This document shows positions 60,601-64,000 of a stretch of DNA of 64,000 nucleotides, piece by piece (position 1 is the stretch's first letter; each line of letters begins with the position of its first letter). A program made the translations under genes and the position numbers. The notes below the pieces were generated by a model. That model was not told the DNA's origin. It searched no databases and saw only the letters and a list, made by a program, of their open reading frames with translations. The stretch is from Cyanophora paradoxa CCMP329 (Eukaryota; Plantae; Glaucophyta). The stretch is from the NCBI GenBank assembly GCA_004431415.1, contig QPMI01000493.1, positions 124,001-188,000 on the forward strand. The letters are read 5' to 3'.

Positions 60601-63600
60601 CTGGAGTACCGCGCCGACCTCTTCTCGGCCGCCACCGCGCAGCGCATCGCCGAGCACTTCGTCGCGCTGCTTTCGGCCGCGCTGAAGGCGCCCGACGCGC
60701 CGCTGTCCCGCCACGCGATCCTGAGCGCCGCGGAGCACCGCCTCGTGACGTCCGACTTCGCGGACGGGAGCGTCCGCGACGGGGCCCTGGAGGGCGCCCC
60801 CTCGTGCATCCACACGGCCTTCGAGCGGCAGGCGCGCCAGCGGCCCAAGGCGCTGGCGCTCGTGCACGGGCCGCGCGAGGTGACGTACGGCGAGCTGGAC
60901 GCGTGGGCCGAGGCCATCGCCGCGCGCCTCACCGCCGCCGGCGCGCGCCGCGAGAGCCGCGTCGCCCTCATCATGGACAAGGCAAGCCCTCCACTTTTCC
61001 ACATTTCCGCTCTGGCCGCTCACTCTTCCATCTCTGCCAGGCCCCCGAGGCGATTGCAGCCATGCTGGGCACCCTGAAGGTCCGCCCTGCCCGGCCCGCC
61101 GCTCTGCTGATGCGATCTAAACTATTGTCATTGCGCACAGGCCGGGGCGGCGTATGTCCCAATCGACCCCGCCACGCCCATCGACCGCATGCTCTACATC
61201 TTCGAGGCGAGCCCCGGGCGCCTGCTGTTCAGAACCGCTCCGACACGAGCGTCCTCAGGACTCGGGCGCGCGCTGGCTGCTCTCGCACAGCTCCGGCGAC
61301 CTCCCGACGCGCGTGCACAAACCGGCCTCCGACGCCGGCGTCGAGGCTCGCGCGCCCCGCCGCGCCCCGCCTTCCCCTCAATTTCCGCTCATTTTCCGGC
61401 ATGCAGGTCATTTTGGCGGACGCGATCCCGCCGGGGCTCCAGCGCCGCCGCAGGCCGGTGCCGGTGGAGCCGAGCAACCTCGCGTACTGCATCTACACCT
61501 CCGGTCCGCTCCGCTCCGCACTTTCGCTCGCTCGCGCTCACGTTTGATTTGTGCGCATGCGCAGGCACGACGGGGAGGTGCCCGGCCCTGGACTCAGCCC
61601 CAGCCCTCGCCGCTCCGTTGTCGGCCGCCGACGCCGCCGCGCAGGCCCAAGGGCGTCGCGGTCGAGCACGAGGGCGTCGTCCGTCAGGCGAGCTCCAGCG
61701 GCCCTCGGCATGGTTGCGCTCGGCTGCTGAGCCGCCGGCGCCGCCGCGTGCAGGTGGAGGCGGTGGCGGGGCGGCACCTGGCCGTGGGGCCCGCGGACGC
61801 CTGGGCCCAGTTCTTCTCCATCTCCTTCGACGGCTCGGTCCGCCCTCTATACCTTTAATACACCTGATAAATTCCATTAAGGCCAGTCGTTTTTTAACTT
61901 TAGCTTGCGCGTCCCCGCAGGTGGAGGAGATCTACGGGGCCCTCCTCCGCGGCTCGCCCCTCGTCCTCGTGCCCAAGGCGAGAGCCCCGCCCCCGCCTCC
62001 CTCGCCGCCGCCCTCGCCTCTAACTTCCAATCCGTCTCCAATCCAGAGCGTGGGCCTCTCGCCGGGGCAGCTCCTGGAGCTCGTCGCGGCCCGCCGCATC
62101 GCGGTGCTGGACATCCCCACAGCCTTCCTCGACGTCCTCTCCGGCGCGCTTTGTCCATTCTCACTTCAGATCATATAAAGAGCTTGCAAAGAGCTATAAA
62201 GATCAGATATTAATTTGGGGCGCTGGCCGCCTAGGCCACGATCGGCCGCAGCCCTGCTGACGCGTCGGTCCGCCGCGCTCTGCAGGCGAGCTGCAGGCGA
62301 TGTCGGAGGGGAGCGTGGCGGCCCTGCGGCTGCGCCACGTCATCGTCGGTGGCGACCGGCTCCTCTCCCGCCAGGCGAGCGCGCCGCGCCGCTTGAATTT
62401 CGGATTTGAAAATCAAAACGGGCTCGCGGACCCTGACTCCGGGATCCGGTCCGAGCAGGTTCTGGCGTTCGCGGCCGCCTGCAGGGGCCGCGTCAAGCTC
62501 TGGAACACATGTGCAGCCCTTTGCTGATCATAGCTTTCGCCGTCCAGCCGTCCAGCCAGCATTAAACTGAACTGTGTTTTCTTTTGCGCAGACGGCCCGA
62601 CGGAGGCGACGGTGGACTGCACCATCCGCCTCGTCGACGCCGAGCAGGAGGCCGCCTCTGAGGCTCAGGTGCGCCGTACTCTTTCTTAAGCCGCTTCTTC
62701 CATGTTTTGATTTTTATATATTTTCTTCCGCTCAGGTGGGCCGTATACGAATTCTTCCTCGCTTAGTTCGTGGCCATGGTTTGATTTTGGTTTCACGGTC
62801 TGCAGGGCCGCTGCACGATCGGGAGGCCCTTCGCCGGGCGCCGCCTCTTCGTCGTCGACAAGGGGCTCGCGCCCGTGCCGCCGGGCGTCTGGGGCGAGGT
62901 GCGAGGGCCGCAAAAGTCTGCTCTGCAGCTCGCGCCCGACGGTCGTGCTTCCGCGCCGCAGCTCCTCATCGGCGGCGACGGCGTGGCGCGCGGGTACCTC
63001 AACCGGCCCGAGCTCACCGAGGAGAAGGTCCCTACTTTTCCGGTCCAATTTCTTGGCCCCGAAATGAAAGCCCACGCCAGTTCTGCTGGGTGGACGTCGC
63101 GGGGCGGCCCGAGCGCGTCTACCGCTCGGGCGACGTCGTCCGCTGGCTCCCCGACGGCACCCTCGAGTTCCGTGGCCGCGCCGACACGCAGGCGCGCGCA
63201 CACACTCACACCCTTTAGCTCTGCTTCGATCCGCATCGTTTGTTTAGACGGGAGCGCGCGCAGGTCAAGATCCGGGGGTTCCGAGTCGAGCCGGGCGAGG
63301 TGGCGGCCGTCCTGCAGACGCACGCCGCCGTCCGCGCCGCCGTCGTCGTCCCCGCCGCCGACGCGTGCGCGAATTTCCGAAATCGATCGCAATTTCGGCG
63401 CTGACGGGGCGATCGCGAGCATGCGCAGGAGCGGCATCGTGTCGGGCCTCAACGCGTACGTCGTCCTCGACGATGCCGCCCGCGGCCAGCCCGAGGTCCT
63501 CTCTAGTTTCCTGCCACCTTCCTTCCTTCGCTTCTAATCGCCTCTCTTCTCAGGCGGCGCTGGAGGCGGAGCTGGAGGGGCACGCGAGGAGGACCCTGCC

Positions 63601-64000
63601 GCCCTACATGATGCCCGCCTCCTACACGTTCCTCGAGGCCTTCCCCACCACGGTCCGTCCGCGTTATGTTTCGTTCACTGTTTTAAAGATAGTCGTTGTG
63701 GCGTTCTTCCAATTGTACCTCGCTAAGATTCACCATTATATACGCTTAGATATTTGGCTTCCTGTTCCAAAGATGCCATTAAACCACTATGTTTTCAGAT
63801 CGTGGGCAAGATCGACACGCGGGCGCTGCCGCCGCCGCGGCCCCGCGCCGGCGCGGCGGGCGCCGAGGAGGCGGAGGGCGACAGCGACGCGGGCGGCGCG
63901 GGCGAGGCGATGACGGCGGTCGAGGAGGCGATGGCTGCGATCTGGCGGGAGATCCTGGGCGTGAAGAACATCCGCCTCGACTCGGACTTCTTCCTCCTCG
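48635..64000 (+). CDS. Hybrid PKS/NRPS: degenerate KS - AT - ACP - C - A - linker - T - C - A - T (3' truncated, about 70 introns)
   Basis: AT: VFVFSGLGPQW, GHSAGE (50502), AFHS. ACP: EYGIESIS (52310). C1: HHIAIDG (53213). A1: IIFTSGTTGKPKGV, YGPTE, YRTGDL, QVKIRGYRVE, NGKV. T1: FFDMGGHSL. C2: HHAVIDG (58975). A2: YTSGTTGRPKGV, YRSGDV, VGKID. T2 begins at ~63910 (DSDFFLL...). The start reads MPRINVQGIG|IRIGGASS. Confidence 0.93.

Noticed and set aside
48635-64000. NRPS as bacterial contamination or very recent HGT
   Set aside because: It has about 70 spliceosomal introns of the same style as neighbouring genes.
1-64000. Species assignment (style recalls glaucophyte or other GC-rich algal genomes); tRNA/rRNA genes
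   Set aside because: No diagnostic marker is present in the window, and no structured RNA gene was recognised.

Overview
GC-rich, intron-dense genomic DNA from a microbial eukaryote. The species cannot be assigned from this window. Most ORFs in the six-frame track are GC shadow frames, so the genes were reconstructed by manual splicing. Seven genes are supported: (1) a membrane-anchored class I cyclic-nucleotide phosphodiesterase (-); (2) a coiled-coil protein with a C-terminal RING-HC (+); (3) a RING + ubiquitin-like + GATase-like-fold fusion (-); (4) head-to-head with it, a giant RNF213/mysterin-like AAA+ E3 ligase (+, about 17.7 kb) with CBM20 and an RZ finger but no RING; (5) a probably GPI-anchored WD40 + IPT/TIG surface protein (+); (6) a full-size PDR/ABCG exporter (-); (7) divergent from the exporter, a hybrid PKS/NRPS (+, truncated at the window end) with the layout dead KS - loading-type AT - ACP - C - A - long linker - T - C - A - T. 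Between genes 4 and 5, a hAT-type MITE with 8-bp TSDs sits in an almost pure G/C tract. Two candidate systems stand out: an acyl-peptide NRPS/exporter pair, and a three-gene ubiquitin-ligase cluster around the RING-less RNF213. GC-AG introns are very frequent. Several single-base frameshifts in homopolymer runs are probably assembly errors.
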